A stretch of DNA of 53,449 nt from contig CAZYCQ010000015.1 of assembly GCA_964645535.1 (NCBI GenBank), positions 443 to 53,891 on the forward strand, given 5' to 3'. This DNA comes from an uncultured archaeon (GTDB taxonomy: Archaea > Asgardarchaeota > Heimdallarchaeia > Heimdallarchaeales > Kariarchaeaceae). The notes beneath the pieces are model-generated. The model was given only the letters and a program-made list of their open reading frames with translations, had not been told where the DNA came from and made no database searches. Shown here one piece after another: positions 52,602 through 53,449 of this stretch (within the stretch, counting starts at the first letter, position 1; each line of letters starts with the position of its first letter). The translations under genes were made by a program, and so were the position numbers.

Positions 52602-53449
52602 TTGAATACAACGCACCCTTCACTTTCAGTCCCCATAATTAGGGAAATGAAAACTTCTGATGCAGAGGCACTTGCAACATTGGCTTTTGAATCAGCCAAT
52701 CCAAAAATTCTAAGCGCCTTCCGCGATAAGGTTGAAGAAGGCAAAGAACTTCTACGAAATCTCTACGAGCGTACCTCTGATGGCATATATGTGCTGTATG
52801 AGGGGACTGAACTAATTGGAGCATTTAAAATAAGACTTGCAGAGGATAAGCCTTCACATTCCTTGGGATTTAGGGAATTGATTCGAAAACTAGGATTTTT
52901 CAAAGGAATTCGGGCAGGTCTCCTTCTTTCCCAATGGGATGAATATTCTCCTAAATCACATGAGGTCAACCTTGAGTTCCTTTATATTAGACCGGACTGG
53001 AAAACTTCTGAAACCTATCAACTCCTCTTGGATAAAGCTAGATCGATTTCAAAATTGCGAGGCAAACGATTTCTCAGTATTTTCATAGAAGGTTCTCAGT
53101 TTCTGGAACTTGGTCAGTTCGAACGGTGGGGTTTCTATGAATACAAGAAAAGTACCTCCCTGTTGGCTCGTGTCCTTAACGCTCCATACAGATGGCGAAA
53201 AATGGTGGCTCCTGTCGGAAACGAACCAATCACTGTAAAGGAAATGGTTCTTCAGAAAGTTTACAATGTAAGGCAGATCTGGGTTGACAGAAAAGAAGAA
53301 TTCATTTTTGCAACCAAACTGGCAACCGGATTGACTGCCGTTCCAATCATTGCTGGATCTGTTGCCTATGTCCGAGGTTTCCATTGGGCGGCATATGGTT
53401 GGTTATTGGTTGTCCTTGCCCATCTTATGGGGGTGGCGTTGGTGTTCAA
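52602..53449 (+). CDS. GNAT-fold protein fused to a C-terminal membrane region (3'-truncated; not in the supplied ORF track)
   Basis: Hand translation from TTG 52602 (after GGGGTG) is open to the window end: IIREMKTSDAEALATL...YVLYEGTELIGAF...VNLEFLYIRPDWK...LLDKARSISKLRGKRFLSIFI...QFERWGF, then hydrophobic helices. Confidence 0.7.
   Translation, partial: MNTTHPSLSVPIIREMKTSDAEALATLAFESANPKILSAFRDKVEEGKELLRNLYERTSDGIYVLYEGTELIGAFKIRLAEDKPSHSLGFRELIRKLGFFKGIRAGLLLSQWDEYSPKSHEVNLEFLYIRPDWKTSETYQLLLDKARSISKLRGKRFLSIFIEGSQFLELGQFERWGFYEYKKSTSLLARVLNAPYRWRKMVAPVGNEPITVKEMVLQKVYNVRQIWVDRKEEFIFATKLATGLTAVPIIAGSVAYVRGFHWAAYGWLLVVLAHLMGVALVF

Noticed and set aside
58-53384. The many 60-160 aa alternative-frame ORFs in the track
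   Set aside because: They lie within or antisense to well-supported longer genes and lack recognisable motifs.
1-53449. CRISPR arrays, tRNA/rRNA genes, transposases/integrases and selenocysteine read-through
   Set aside because: I saw no regularly spaced repeats, cloverleaf or rRNA-like segments, or recombinase motifs. TGA stops fall at expected family C-termini. A by-eye scan could miss small RNAs.

Overview
A gene-dense archaeal chromosomal segment, most likely from an Asgard archaeon (Heimdallarchaeia-like). The assignment is inferred from an archaeal informational core (Spt5, SecE/Sec61-gamma, Taw3, Tsr3, type-2 IleRS, archaeal type A RNase P RNA) found together with eukaryote-like proteins: an ADF/cofilin, a TPR+longin-like protein, a pseudo-receiver+longin/uDENN-like protein and an LRR protein. 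About 41 CDSs, one of them a 3'-truncated GNAT-membrane ORF missing from the supplied track, plus one ncRNA. I saw no CRISPR array, tRNA, rRNA or transposase. Most notable observations: (1) a full-length, eukaryote-like ADF/cofilin gene, divergent from the RNase P RNA gene and embedded among archaeal genes; (2) an apparently complete but scattered bacillithiol-type thiol pathway (bshB-, bshA- and bshC-like genes within about 11 kb), with a divergent Zn-ribbon-bearing BshC and a thioredoxin-reductase-like partner lacking the usual NADPH-binding motif; (3) a Tex/Spt6-core gene; (4) a shared palindrome ATGATT-N2-AATCAT in two divergent promoter regions; (5) all 11 convergent gene junctions overlap or abut; (6) usual operon partners (hyuA/hyuB, korA/korB, bshA/B/C) are split but remain nearby. 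All assignments come from motif recognition by eye; no searches were run.
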